Shown: in pieces, positions 10,908 through 22,288 of the stretch
Position numbering within the stretch: position 1 is the first letter of the stretch
How the letters are laid out: every line of letters starts with the position of its first letter
Source of the DNA: Histomonas meleagridis 2922-C6/04-290x
Lineage: Eukaryota; Protista; Parabasalia
Reading direction: 5' to 3'
DNA length: 64,000 bases
Assembly: GCA_020184695.1 (NCBI GenBank)
Contig: JAANOX010000098.1
Span: forward strand, 186,001-250,000
The notes under the pieces: model-generated
Told to the model about the DNA's origin: nothing
Databases searched by the model: none
What the model saw: the letters and a program-made list of their open reading frames with translations, nothing else
Program-made: the position numbers and the translations under genes

Positions 10908-11771
10908 TTACTGATTATGAAGGAAAGAAAGATATGAAATTATTGCTTCCTCTCTTTTTCGATGTTCTTTTTGTGCTTTTAGTAATATTTGAACAATTGC
11001 ATCAGTTGTTCCTCTAACAATTTCTTCAGCTAGGTTTGCATCTCTTTGGTCAATTATAGATTCCTCTAATAAAACTTTTAATGCCTTTTCATTACGTTTA
11101 ATCATTTCTTTCGGTGTTCGAGCAGGTGGAATGACTTCGTGAAACCTTTCAGGCCGAAAAACAACACATATCTTACAAAGAACTTCTCCATTACGAAGAG
11201 GATCTTCAATAAGATAAAGGGGTCTTGTATCAACAAACCAATCTGAGAATGGTGGAAAAATCCCCAGTGATTTAAGCCAATTCGAGAGAGAAACTAAATC
11301 TTTTGAGATGACAGAAATGTGTGTTCTTTGCCTTGTAAAATTATAACAGCTAATAATGAGTTTGAATATTTCTGATTTATCATGTCGAATGATTAGCTCC
11401 GGATTTAAGAAACAATGAATGATTTCTTTCTCTTTGAAACATATGATTAAGTTTTGTAAAGATTCCAAAATATCATAGAAATTTTGAGATTTTGGACTTG
11501 ATGCAAATATTTTAAAGAAACGCCCCATTAGAAATAGTGAACGAAATTTATTTTCGGCAATAGTTTCTATGATACGATCTTGTGTTGGGTAATCTATAAA
11601 ACGAAGAAATCCAGAATCAACCATCCAACGATAAGCTTGGATTTCTTCATCATTTAAATAATTTTCTTTTTTGTGCTTACGTGTTGTGATTTTTAATGAG
11701 TTCGTTTCATGGAATGTTTTTTGCTTTTGTCTTTGATCATAGTAATTCTCCATGTGCTTTCTATCGTTCAT
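10908..11771 (-). CDS. Protein with C-terminal calponin-homology (CH)-like domain
   Basis: 287-aa ORF. LSNWLKSLG...EDPLRNGEVLCKIC...RNEKALKVL...EEIVRGTTDAIVQILL follows the CH-domain pattern. Confidence 0.6.
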   Translation of the reverse strand: MNDRKHMENYYDQRQKQKTFHETNSLKITTRKHKKENYLNDEEIQAYRWMVDSGFLRFIDYPTQDRIIETIAENKFRSLFLMGRFFKIFASSPKSQNFYDILESLQNLIICFKEKEIIHCFLNPELIIRHDKSEIFKLIISCYNFTRQRTHISVISKDLVSLSNWLKSLGIFPPFSDWFVDTRPLYLIEDPLRNGEVLCKICVVFRPERFHEVIPPARTPKEMIKRNEKALKVLLEESIIDQRDANLAEEIVRGTTDAIVQILLKAQKEHRKREEAIISYLSFLHNQ

Positions 11772-12149
11772 ATTAACGTTCTTGCAATAAAGCTATGGTT
11801 TGCTGGGCTCGAAAATAAAACAGTATGAAAACAATCTCAACACATGAGACTGGGGTGTTGGCCTTTTTGAGCTTATAGAGGCAAAAAACTCAACAAGTAT
11901 GAATTGGGATTTGTTCGAAAGCATTTCAATTATATGAGGGTAAACGGCTGTTTTTGGCGCCAATAAATTGTCGTTTCACTCCATAATATTTTATTATATT
12001 GGATATAAGCTCTTTTAAAAATTTCTGTGTTTGGAAGTCAAGCTTGGTACACTTTGTTGATTCCATTTTAAATTTATGAACACATGATAATTTTATGAAA
12101 TGGTGAAAAAATATGTAAATCATATTCTTTTTCAGGAAAACTGACTAAA

Positions 12150-13086
12150 TAGAAAAGATTTCATGAATCACATTTTGTTTGACTTTTTACAATATATTTT
12201 CTTTAAAAATTTACATTTTCCCATTTCATCAATTTGTAATTCTTTATGTTCATTTTCTTATTCATAGTTATTTGAGATTTATATTTTTCGATTTCTTCTT
12301 TTAACCCATTATTTCAGTTTCTTTTTCATTATATTTTTGTAAATATTTACCTATTTCATTTTGTGATATTTCATATTAATTTTATAATTCATTTTTTGAT
12401 TTTTTAATGTTTTATTTATATTCTTTTCATCTTCTTATGATTTTATTGTATAAATTAATTCTTTCTGTATATCTTCAAATGTATTTAATTTTGAATAAAG
12501 TTCTTTTATGATATTTTCATGATAAATATGAAGACTCATAATTTAATTCAAGTGTATTATATTTAGTTTGTAATTGTTCATTGATTGTTTTTAAGTTATT
12601 GATTTCTTTGTCTTTTATTTATCTTTCATTATTTGTTTGACTTTCATTGGTTTGTTTATGCTTATTAATTTGTGTATTTAATAAATTAATGATTTGATCT
12701 TTTTCATTTATTTTATCATTAAGTGTTTCATTTTGATCTTTTTTATTTATTTGATTTAATTCATTTGTATATTAATTTGTTGGTTCAATTTATTAATGAT
12801 GTCATCTTTTCTTTTAATAATTTTGTGAACTAATTTAGTTTTCTTTTATTTGATTTATATCTTTTCGTTTATAATCTTCAATTGTATTATTTATATTCAT
12901 ATAATCATTTTGAAGTTTCTCATTTTTAAGTTCTTCATTATTAATTGTAAGTACATTAATTTTGATATCTAATGAATCAATAATTGTATCTTTTTCATCA
13001 ATTTGTTGATCAAGTGCTGACGTGAATTGAGTTTGATACCAGCCGACCAAAATCTTTATTCCCCCATAAATTTTTATAGAACTCAT
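12150..13086 (-). pseudogene. Decayed coiled-coil (K/E/N/Q-rich) gene
   Basis: T-rich + strand. The minus strand reads as fragments such as DEKDTIIDSLDIKINVL, NEKDQIINLLNTQINK and KDKEINNLKTINEQLQTKY, broken by stops and frame changes. Boundaries are approximate. Confidence 0.5.
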
Positions 13087-13495
13087 AAGGTATATTATTC
13101 AGAGAAAAAATTAGTCTTTCCATAGAATAATTAAAACATATGTGTTGATCCCAATTTAAATTATTAAATTTAACTAATAATCAAAAATTAAACATTCCCA
13201 AAAATATGAAGTAATAATAAAATTCTTCTGTACGTAGAAATCAGATAAGGAGCAGAGTTGATTAATCTCATCCCATACTTAATAACATTTTTTTTACAAC
13301 ATGTTTAGTTACCATTATTTTATTTAGTATGGGAGTATTTTTGCTGAGGTAATTTAAAAAAAAATCATGCAGATCCTTTAACAGCGCAGATCGACGCAAA
13401 AAAAACGTTATTACAAATTTGCATGCATTCAGAATTTTGAAAACTTTTTCAATATTTTAAATACTTTACATTATTCAACAAAAAAATCGTTATTT

Positions 13496-14020
13496 ATGGG
13501 CTGTGGACCTTCCAAAGAGGCGGTCAAAAAGAAAAACAATATCACAGAGATAAAATGTTCAACGTGCCTCGTATTTGGTATGCCGGAATGTGGCCAAACA
13601 ATCTTTGTTAAAACAATGGAAAGATATTTTGGAAATCTTGGAAATTTTGACCAGACATATTCATTTGTTATTGTCCCCCCACAAAGAGATCGAAGGGCTG
13701 AATGGGTCAGTCAGTACTCACAACCACGTGTAATAGCGTCATTCTTTTTTGCAGATATTTCTTCACAAACATCGGTTTTGCTTAGTGTTAAAACACTCAA
13801 CTGGTTGACATCACAACTCGTCAACCAAAGCCCTCCCTTTGTTGTTGGATACACAAAAAATCAAAAGGATGAAAGCATATTTTCTTATTTAGAGAGTAAC
13901 CTTTCTCCTATATATGAAGTAACACAATTTACAGAAACAGATCAAGATGATATCCAAAAATTTATAGATTATATCAACAAATGTCATGAAAGTTACAACA
14001 AAACGCATATTGAGAAATGA
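13496..14020 (+). CDS. Lipid-anchored small GTPase-fold protein (Arf/G-alpha-like) with degenerate nucleotide-binding motifs
   Basis: MGCGPSK myristoylation/palmitoylation-type N-terminus. G1-like LVFGMPECGQT, switch II-like RRAEW...Y, SFFFADISS and G4-like GYTKN. Confidence 0.6.
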   Translation: MGCGPSKEAVKKKNNITEIKCSTCLVFGMPECGQTIFVKTMERYFGNLGNFDQTYSFVIVPPQRDRRAEWVSQYSQPRVIASFFFADISSQTSVLLSVKTLNWLTSQLVNQSPPFVVGYTKNQKDESIFSYLESNLSPIYEVTQFTETDQDDIQKFIDYINKCHESYNKTHIEK

Positions 14021-14565
14021 AAATTGGCATGCAAAACATTATTTTGTTATTCGGAACAAATAAACATTTTAGCGTTATTATCAATTGTTGATTTAAAAGA
14101 TCTCTTCTGTTTTTATATTTGTTCTTTTTTTATGCACATTTCGTTTGTACAATATAATATAAAGCTGTTTTTTTAACTGTTATCAAACCATACTCAAACT
14201 TTCTGATAAAGGTAAACATTTTCACTTTATAAAGTAACATTTCAAAACCTTTAAATTGGTAGAAATGAACAATTTATAAATTAACATAATAATTTATAAA
14301 GTATCATCTCAAAACTTTTAAATTGATGAAATGAATAACTCATATTTTTTTCTGCATTTACTACAAAAATTAAATTTTATTTAAAGAACTGTTGATTCAA
14401 TGCCTTTTTTCATAACAACTTCAGTAATTGGTATGTTTAGCGTATACAGTAACATTTTATTTCTTGTTAACAAACGTTTTCAAATCACTTTTGCATTTGA
14501 ATGATTTATAACATTAAAACTTTTTGCTTCTGTTTCAAGTTTTCCATTAAGAGTTTATTAAGGAA

Positions 14566-15204
14566 ATGATATCTCCTGGTGACCGGATGCTTCTTTTGTT
14601 AGGAATTGTTATATTTTCATCTATCATAGGGGTTATTATTAGTTGTATTGGATTCACTGTTTTATCTGGAAAATATTGGAGTAAAATTAAACATGATTAC
14701 ACAATCAATCCTGAAAACTTTAGTTACAACTTGTACACTTTATATGTTTGGATTACCATGTCATGGGCAACTCCAGTTGCTTTTATTCTTTTAGTAATCT
14801 TTCTTGTTATATTTTGTAATGTTTTTAAAAATGAAGCATATGAATCTCTAGCGTTATATGTTATAATGATGCTAACTTTTTTAATTTTGTTAATAATTAT
14901 ATTTTTAAATTTTTTATCAGATATGAAATGCTTTGCATATTCGACACCAAAAATTTGTAATGAAATAAATCAAACTGAATCAAATATCAATGAAATGGTA
15001 AATACTTTATCAAGTAAACTTACTCATGAGTTGATATTTAATGAAGAAATATGTAACAAGTATCATTCAAGTATCAAAAAATTCTTTTTGATATATGTTA
15101 TATCACTTTCATTGATATTACTTTATTTTTTGTTTGTGTTTGTTTTTAATATGTTAGAAGTTCTGAAATATAAGAGAGATCTCCGAAAGAGTAAAAATAA
15201 CTAA
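14566..15204 (+). CDS. Four-transmembrane protein with tetraspanin-like topology
   Basis: Three N-terminal hydrophobic helices, a Cys-containing loop (KCF...KIC...EIC) and a fourth helix near the C-terminus. No CCG motif. Confidence 0.6.
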   Translation: MISPGDRMLLLLGIVIFSSIIGVIISCIGFTVLSGKYWSKIKHDYTINPENFSYNLYTLYVWITMSWATPVAFILLVIFLVIFCNVFKNEAYESLALYVIMMLTFLILLIIIFLNFLSDMKCFAYSTPKICNEINQTESNINEMVNTLSSKLTHELIFNEEICNKYHSSIKKFFLIYVISLSLILLYFLFVFVFNMLEVLKYKRDLRKSKNN

Positions 15205-15546
15205 GTTTGATAATATGTAAAGAGTAAATATTAAATACAATTATTTCAGTAAAATTTTAATTTTTTAATTTTTATGTTTTGTTTCATATGGAAAAAAAAG
15301 ATTGGACATAATGAAAAATTTATTCGAACATTGTTATATTGTAATATTGCATTATCGCAAATATACCAAAATATTTAAGTAATTAATATTAATATTTACT
15401 AGTTTTCTTTGTAATAAATCATTTTATGTAAATTTATTTTACAATTCCATTAATTTCCATATACGGTTCCAGAAACTCAACAATTTCATTTGCGCCATAT
15501 TTCAAAGCAAGTTCAAAAGGTGTCTTAAAAACTATAAACAAACATT

Positions 15547-17502
15547 TTAAATCAAAAAATGAACTCTCGATTTAAACAAATCACATTTACCTTCTTTTAC
15601 CAAAAACATAACGCAATCTTTAGCCAAACATTTTACCGCAAAATAAACAGGAGCTCCATGTAAATCTTTAGATAAGTAATTTATATCATTTCCATAAATT
15701 GTTATATATAATTCCAAAAAATGTAATAAACCATTATTACATATATTCACTACGATTTCAGGGCAAACCTTTAAGTCTATTCCATATTGATAAAACATCA
15801 AAAAAGCGCACAAATTATTATAATTAATTGACGTATTAATTAAGTTATTAGTATGATAATTATAAGAAAATCTGTCCAAATCAATTTTGCTATAATAATT
15901 TTCATGGCAAAAAGAACTAATCCATTTAAATACTTCATTTTGATGAAACATTATTGAAGTATTCAGAGCTTCCTTAAAATTACATTTTTCTTGATGAAGA
16001 ATTCTTAATATTTCGATGTTGCCACTACATGCAGCAAATTTTGAACATTGTTCAATTGATGCGCCATTTATTTTTAAATATTTAAAACATTTAATTGACC
16101 CATAAAAACAAGCAATTTGTATAAGCGTTACACTTCCTTGTATAAAAAGACTACGTTCAAATATATTTTGTTCTAATTTCTGATTAAAATCAAAATTGTT
16201 ATGTTCCAAAACAGTTTGTAATTCAGTAACATCATCATTACGAATTGCATTTGAATATTCATCATTTCTAAATCCATAGTTTATTTGATTGATATATTCG
16301 TCTTTATTATTATGATAGAAATCAACGAAATAATTTGGATTATTTCTTAGTCGAGAATTCATTGAATCAATTGGTTCTAATTTTAATTCATCTGGAAACC
16401 ATATTTCAAATGGATATGAATCATGACTATAAAATTCTTTTTTGATTATATTAATTTTTTTATAAAGTTCTTCAATAAATGTAATGTTAACAATTTCATG
16501 AAGATATAATTGACGTAAAAAATAAAAACTTAAAAGTTTGGAAATCGTCATCGTAACAATCACTTGTATTAATTCATCATGAAAATGATCAGATATTGAA
16601 CATAAATCTTTAATAAACATTAGATGTTCATTATTATTAAGTGGACGAACTGTTGATGCAGTAAGAATTGAAATACTTAAATCATGATGATAACTTTCAT
16701 TAAGGAAAAATCGAGATTGTTTAATCGTATTAAGAACTGTTTCAATTGTTTTTGGGTCGATACTATTAATATATTCTTGTAAATTAGAATATATAAATGT
16801 TGACATAACTTTTGATAGCCGTGGACGAATAAATTTTAAGGGATTGATTATTTGTGTAATTTGTAATAAATTAGCACTCTCTTCAATTTCATCAATGTTT
16901 TCATAGTTGATGGTAACATTGCCACCGTTTAAATAGTTAACGGTTTCTTCGATGTTAACGTCTTTTTGTATTTGAAATGGAACAGAAAAATCTTTGATGG
17001 CTTTGCAGAAGATCTGAGCTGTTAAACGATGAACTGCTTGTTCCTTATGACGGACTTTTATGATGAAGTTTGGTTGAAGACATTTTAAGGTTTGTGGAAA
17101 ATTAAATGCCTTGGAACGAATTGAGATGATAGAATTTATTCGAATTTCAATATTTATATCAATACCAAAATCTTCAAAAACAGATTGTATGTAATTTGCA
17201 TTTTCATTCGTTATTTCAATGTTTTCCCCATTAAAAAACATAGCAACTTGATCAAAAAAAGTATCATCTCCATTATATCTAAATTCATACAATGGTTCTT
17301 CTGATTCCATAGCTGCATTTAAAATTACAGAGCTACATGTTGCTGCTAATAATAAATGACATTCATATGTGTTATTATTGGTTATAATTTTAAAATCATG
17401 TGGAATTGATTTTGAACATTCCACAACAGTTTTGAAACTTGGAGATATTTTTGAAACTTTAATAATATCACTGTTTGTGATTGGGATTTCTTCTTCAAAC
17501 AT
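15547..17502 (-). CDS. Tandem BTB/POZ-like + DUF3447/ankyrin-like protein (parabasalid-expanded family)
   Basis: N-terminal FKIITNNNTYECHLLLAATCSSVI (BTB-like). C-terminal NAIRNDDVTELQ...ERS...LIQIACFYGSIKCFKYL...AACSGNIEILRIL (DUF3447/ankyrin-like). The ORF is uninterrupted. Confidence 0.8.
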   Translation of the reverse strand: MFEEEIPITNSDIIKVSKISPSFKTVVECSKSIPHDFKIITNNNTYECHLLLAATCSSVILNAAMESEEPLYEFRYNGDDTFFDQVAMFFNGENIEITNENANYIQSVFEDFGIDINIEIRINSIISIRSKAFNFPQTLKCLQPNFIIKVRHKEQAVHRLTAQIFCKAIKDFSVPFQIQKDVNIEETVNYLNGGNVTINYENIDEIEESANLLQITQIINPLKFIRPRLSKVMSTFIYSNLQEYINSIDPKTIETVLNTIKQSRFFLNESYHHDLSISILTASTVRPLNNNEHLMFIKDLCSISDHFHDELIQVIVTMTISKLLSFYFLRQLYLHEIVNITFIEELYKKINIIKKEFYSHDSYPFEIWFPDELKLEPIDSMNSRLRNNPNYFVDFYHNNKDEYINQINYGFRNDEYSNAIRNDDVTELQTVLEHNNFDFNQKLEQNIFERSLFIQGSVTLIQIACFYGSIKCFKYLKINGASIEQCSKFAACSGNIEILRILHQEKCNFKEALNTSIMFHQNEVFKWISSFCHENYYSKIDLDRFSYNYHTNNLINTSINYNNLCAFLMFYQYGIDLKVCPEIVVNICNNGLLHFLELYITIYGNDINYLSKDLHGAPVYFAVKCLAKDCVMFLVKEGKCDLFKSRVHFLI

Positions 17503-17619
17503 TTCGGAAGATTTAAACGTTCAAAATAATTGTGAACTGGTAAGTCGTGTAAACTATTTAAACTCACATAAACTTTTCAAATGAAAAGTGTCTACTAATC
17601 TAAGTATAAAAGTGACATT

Positions 17620-18216
17620 ATGTATCTTTTATTTGGCTTGTTTCTTTTCTCCTATTCAATTGAAGAATACCAAGGCGAGAAGTCTGATATCCTAATTTCT
17701 TACTATTCTATGATCAAGCTTCAACACACAGAAACAGATTTACTCTTATCATCAATTGAATTAAATTATCCAGCAGGATCATTCCAACAAATGACTCGTG
17801 CCATTCGTAAGCCTGTTCTAGCTGAAACATATTGGACAGTTTTCCCTATGCAAAATGAAACAGACATTCTTCAAGGAAAGCCAATAGAATGCGGTGCTAC
17901 AATCCGATTAAATCATGCTACAACCAAAAAATGGCTCCACTCTCATCGTGTTAAGTTACCTGACAATAAGGGCTTTGAAGTATCTTGCTTTGATGAAGAT
18001 GATGAAGGAAATCTTTGGTATCTTGAATGTAATGACATGTGGACTGCTGGTTCAGCATTCCGACTCCAACATGTTGTTACTGAGCACTACTTAGCTGTCG
18101 ATGCTACTTCCGAGTATCCACCTGAACAAGCAGGCGAGCATCCAGTTTATGCCTCTAAAGTTGATGAAGGCAATGAGTGGTCTGTTGCAGGTGCAATAAC
18201 TGTGGATGAGGACTAA
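17620..18216 (+). CDS. SDF2: Stromal cell-derived factor 2-like protein (MIR domains, secretory pathway)
   Basis: Signal peptide. YYSMIKLQH...LNYPAGSFQQMTRA, CGATIRLNHATTKKWLHSH, EVSCF...GNLW and FRLQHVVTEHYL match the three MIR repeats. Confidence 0.9.
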   Translation: MYLLFGLFLFSYSIEEYQGEKSDILISYYSMIKLQHTETDLLLSSIELNYPAGSFQQMTRAIRKPVLAETYWTVFPMQNETDILQGKPIECGATIRLNHATTKKWLHSHRVKLPDNKGFEVSCFDEDDEGNLWYLECNDMWTAGSAFRLQHVVTEHYLAVDATSEYPPEQAGEHPVYASKVDEGNEWSVAGAITVDED

Positions 18217-18539
18217 AAATATTTTAAATTATACTCTTTTTGCTTTCCTTATCAAGAACGATATACAATTCTGAGTATTTTGATCGAAACGCATTCAAAA
18301 ACTTATCGTTGATGTTTAAGAATTCGATGTAATTTGATCCACCAATAATCGAGAAGACATTTGGTCAGCAGTTTACGATCGAATGTAATTCAATAATAAA
18401 CTTTTTCACAATAAATCATACCTATGATTCGAAAAAGTGACGCGTCATTTTCCTTCCAGAATCGTCAATTTTTATATATTAATTTTTTTTAATGAATCAA
18501 TGTGCTATAAATAGAGAGAATAACACCAAATACAAATCT

Positions 18540-20993
18540 ATGGAATTACTATCTAACCTTGAACAAATCATTTTTAGTTTATCACAAGATAACATTGAAA
18601 TGGCAATTAAACAAACAATGAAATTATTTGATATAAATTTCCATATTCATTTAATTTAATTATTAGTAATTTAATTTATAATGCATTTTCTTCTCAAAGA
18701 GAAATTAATATTTTATACCTAAATTATTTAGAAAAAATTCAAACAAAAGAAGAAGAAATTAATCAAAATATCAAAAAAATCATAAAAGTTTTTCGTAATT
18801 ATATAATCAATGCCAATTCACAAGAATCATATTATTTAATTGAGGAAATGATTGAACGAAATTTAATTGATAAAAAAAATTGCAAATAACATTGAATCAG
18901 ATTATTTTGCACATTACAAGCCAGAAGATGAAATCAAAAAACAAATTCAACAATTCAAAGAATCACATTTTAATTTTTTAGGAATTCATCCAGTAAAAAG
19001 TAACTTTATAAATAATTATGACGAACTTTCAAATAATGATTGGGAACTTCATAAGAAATTTTTTAAAGAAGGACATAATCCAAATGAAATTGCAAAAATA
19101 ATTCGAAATGATGAAATAGGAAAACTTCAAGAAATATCATCCCAAGAAAACTTTGATTATAATCAAACAATTGAACCATCATTTTATGAAAGATGTGATT
19201 TTATTAATAAAGAAAATATTACATTAATTGATTATGCAGCATTTTTTGGATCAATTAAATGTTTTAAAAAATTAACTTATGAATAATACAAATGTGGAAA
19301 ATACAGGTAAATATGCAGTTGCAAGCGGAAATCTTGAAATCATTCATTTATGTGAACAAAATAATTCATCATTTAAAGGTGCATATGAAACAGCGATCGA
19401 ATTTCATCAAAATAATATCTTTCATTATATTTATGACAAAAAATTAGAAAAATTGGATGAAGATATTCAACAAAATCCACAATTTGGAAATTTATTTTAT
19501 TTTTCATTAAATATAAATAAAATACATAATATTATTGATTTGGGAGTTATGTGTATCGAATGCGGTAATTATGAAATTCTCTCATTTTTACTTGAAAATG
19601 GAATGAAAATCAATGATTTCATAATTTATCAAACAGCTAGAATTGGAAATTTATATCTCATTAAAGATTTTCTCCAAGATAACAAAATTCCAATATATAT
19701 TTCAAGATTTTTGTTACAATCGGGAAATAATGAACTTGTTAAATATATATTACAACAAGATGGATTTGATATTAATGCTAAAGATATTTATTTATTTTAT
19801 TTAAAATTTATTTCGGTTATTTTGGATTCCAAAATAATACTTAAAATTTGTTTAAAATTTTTAATACAGCGCTTATATTAGCATGTATATGTGGTAACAC
19901 GAAAATAGTTAAAATGCTTATCGAACAAAAAGGAATTGATGTTAATATTCATGGTATTTACAAATTTTGTTTAATATTGAATTCAATAATTTAATATTTC
20001 AAAATAATATTTGAAAATTATTTAGAATGTTTTGGACAGCACTTATGAAAGCATCTACGAATGGTCATATAGAAATAGCTAAATTACTTCTTAAAAAAGA
20101 AGAAATTGATATCAATGCAAAAGATATTTATTTATTTTATATAAAATTTATTTTGATATTTTGATATTTTAAAATAATATTTGGAAATTATATAAATTAT
20201 TTAAAACAGCACTTATGCGTGCGTCTGAAAATAATCATATAGAAATAGTAAAATTACTTCTTGAACAAAAAGGAATTGATATCAATGCTAAAAATATTCA
20301 CTTGTTTTATTTAATATTTATTTTAATAATTTCTTATTTCAAAATAATATTTGAAAATTATTTAAATTATTTTGGACAGCACTTATTAAAGCATCTTATA
20401 ATGGTCATATAGAAATAGTTAAATTACTTCTTTTACAAGAAGGAATTGATATTAATGCTAAAGATATTTTTTTGTTTTATTTAATATTTATTTTAAAAAT
20501 TTGATATTTCAAAATAATATTTGAAAATTATCAAAAATATTTGAAACAGCACTTATGAAATCTTCTAAAAAAGGTCATATAGGAATAGTTAAATTACTTC
20601 TTGAGCAAAAAGGAATTGATATTAATGCCAAAAATATTCACTTGTTTTATTTAATATTTATTATAATAATTTAATATTTCAAAATAATATTAGGAAATTA
20701 TTCAAAATATTTAAAACAGCACTTATGAATGCATCTGAAAATGGTTTTACAGAAATAGTGAAATTACTTCTTGAGCAAAAAGGAATTGATATTAATGCTA
20801 AAAATATTTATTTGTTTTATTTAAAATTTATTATAATAATTTGATATTTCAAAATAATATTAGGAAATTATTTAAATTATTTAGAACAGCACTTATTTAT
20901 GCATCTGAAAATGAACAGATAGAAATATGAGCATCTTATTTTGGTTATACAGAAATAGTTAAAATACTAAGTGAAAGTGGGCAAACAAAATAA
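18540..20993 (+). pseudogene. DUF3447/ankyrin-repeat gene, locus 1. N-terminal part has three single-base frameshifts; C-terminal part has ankyrin modules separated by 80-nt spacers. Pseudogene or assembly-error status unresolved
   Basis: Colinear with the intact ORF at 54621 (MELLSNLEQIIF vs MDLNIALEKLIF; NDWELHKK..KEGHNPN; IDYAAFFGSIKCF; ENTGKYA). Frame breaks near 18638-18640, 18872-18879 and 19266-19275. Confidence 0.7.
19786..20930 (+). repeat. Tandem array with exact 170-nt period: 90-nt ankyrin coding module + 80-nt AT-rich spacer (7 spacers)
   Basis: Modules start (ACA GCN CTT) at 19866, 20036, 20206, 20376, 20546, 20716 and 20886. Each spacer between (G/A)AT/GGT and ACA is 80 nt. 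Confidence 0.95.
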
Positions 20994-21206
20994 AATAATA
21001 ACGAAGACATTCTACAAAACGAACCAAAAATGGAACACCACATTTTCAGCTCACTTAAACTATATTTCGTTTAAGAAAACATTAAATGAGAAAATGTTGA
21101 TCAAGCTCTAACATTAAAGAAACATCGGATCCAATTGACTTAAATAATGTTAAAAAATATTTCATTAGAATCTTTTATAAAGCAGGAACATTTCGTTTGT
21201 TTTATC

Positions 21207-22139
21207 TTATGTTGGCCTATAAGTTCCAATGATCATCGTGTGGTCTCTGTGGTAACGGTCTAAGTCAACTTGCTCTTCTGGCTTGAACCCGTTTTTAATC
21301 AAAAACTGTGTTTCGTTAGCGAAAACTTGCGCCGCTGGAATCGTTGAATCAACGCAACTTGCTTTGATTGAGATCATGAAGTATCCATTGTTCTTCAAGA
21401 AAAATTCCGCATTCAACGCAAAGATACGAGCTTGATCTGGCTGGGCGACATCTGCAAATAAGCAGTCGACCATAGGAACAAGCATACGGTATTTTTGTGG
21501 ATGTCTTGCATCTTCAATAATTGGAACTATATTTGGTCTGATTTTGGCTAAGTTGACAAACTCACGGCCAACACGAGGAGAAAACTCGACCCCATATACT
21601 CTGCCTGTTGGTCCAACAATATCAGATACATGTGATACTGTTGTACCAGATGCAGCACCAAGATAAAGAACTGTGGCACCTGGCTTGATTTCCATCTTTT
21701 CAAAGCCGCATAATATGCAAGCACCAATTTTTGATCTGTATGGATTCCATTCACGATATTCAATTGGTCCATCTGTTCCATCAACTGATATTAATTTTTC
21801 CCCATATACTGTTTTACCTGGAGTTAGGTTTCTTGTGAGGAGCATATCACCTTTGGAATGACCTACAAAAACTCCTGGAAATGGAGATGGTTCAATAGCA
21901 GCACGATTTCCACCGCTAAAACCAAGCCCACGAGCGCCACGTGGTTTCTTATTTGGTCCACCACCACGTCCGCCAAATTTTCCACCTTTGGAACCTTTGT
22001 TAAATTTTCCGTCTCGATCTTTGTTGAATTTTCCATCTCGTCCACGGTCTCCTTTTTTATCAAAACCACCTCTGTTGTGAGAACCGCCACCACGGCCTGC
22101 ATTATTTTTGAATCCTCCGCGGCCTCTTCCTCTGTCCAT
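21207..22139 (-). CDS. FBL: Fibrillarin, box C/D snoRNP rRNA 2'-O-methyltransferase
   Basis: RGG/GAR N-terminus. [64 protein letters not shown]. Confidence 0.98.
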   Translation of the reverse strand: MDRGRGRGGFKNNAGRGGGSHNRGGFDKKGDRGRDGKFNKDRDGKFNKGSKGGKFGGRGGGPNKKPRGARGLGFSGGNRAAIEPSPFPGVFVGHSKGDMLLTRNLTPGKTVYGEKLISVDGTDGPIEYREWNPYRSKIGACILCGFEKMEIKPGATVLYLGAASGTTVSHVSDIVGPTGRVYGVEFSPRVGREFVNLAKIRPNIVPIIEDARHPQKYRMLVPMVDCLFADVAQPDQARIFALNAEFFLKNNGYFMISIKASCVDSTIPAAQVFANETQFLIKNGFKPEEQVDLDRYHRDHTMIIGTYRPT

Positions 22140-22288
22140 TTCGAACTCTTAAATTTGTAAATCATTCAATTACTTGTACTCGACCATGAAAATGTCACTT
22201 TTTGGGGGTGCTCCTTTTCTTCTTGAGTTATTCATAAAGCTAAAAATAACATTGAAGTAAACAAAAGGGTTTACATAATTCTGTAAAT

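Noticed and set aside
19786-20885. Repeat-spacer array as CRISPR
   Set aside because: The conserved units encode ankyrin modules, the spacers are homologous to one another rather than unique, the context is eukaryotic and no cas gene is present.
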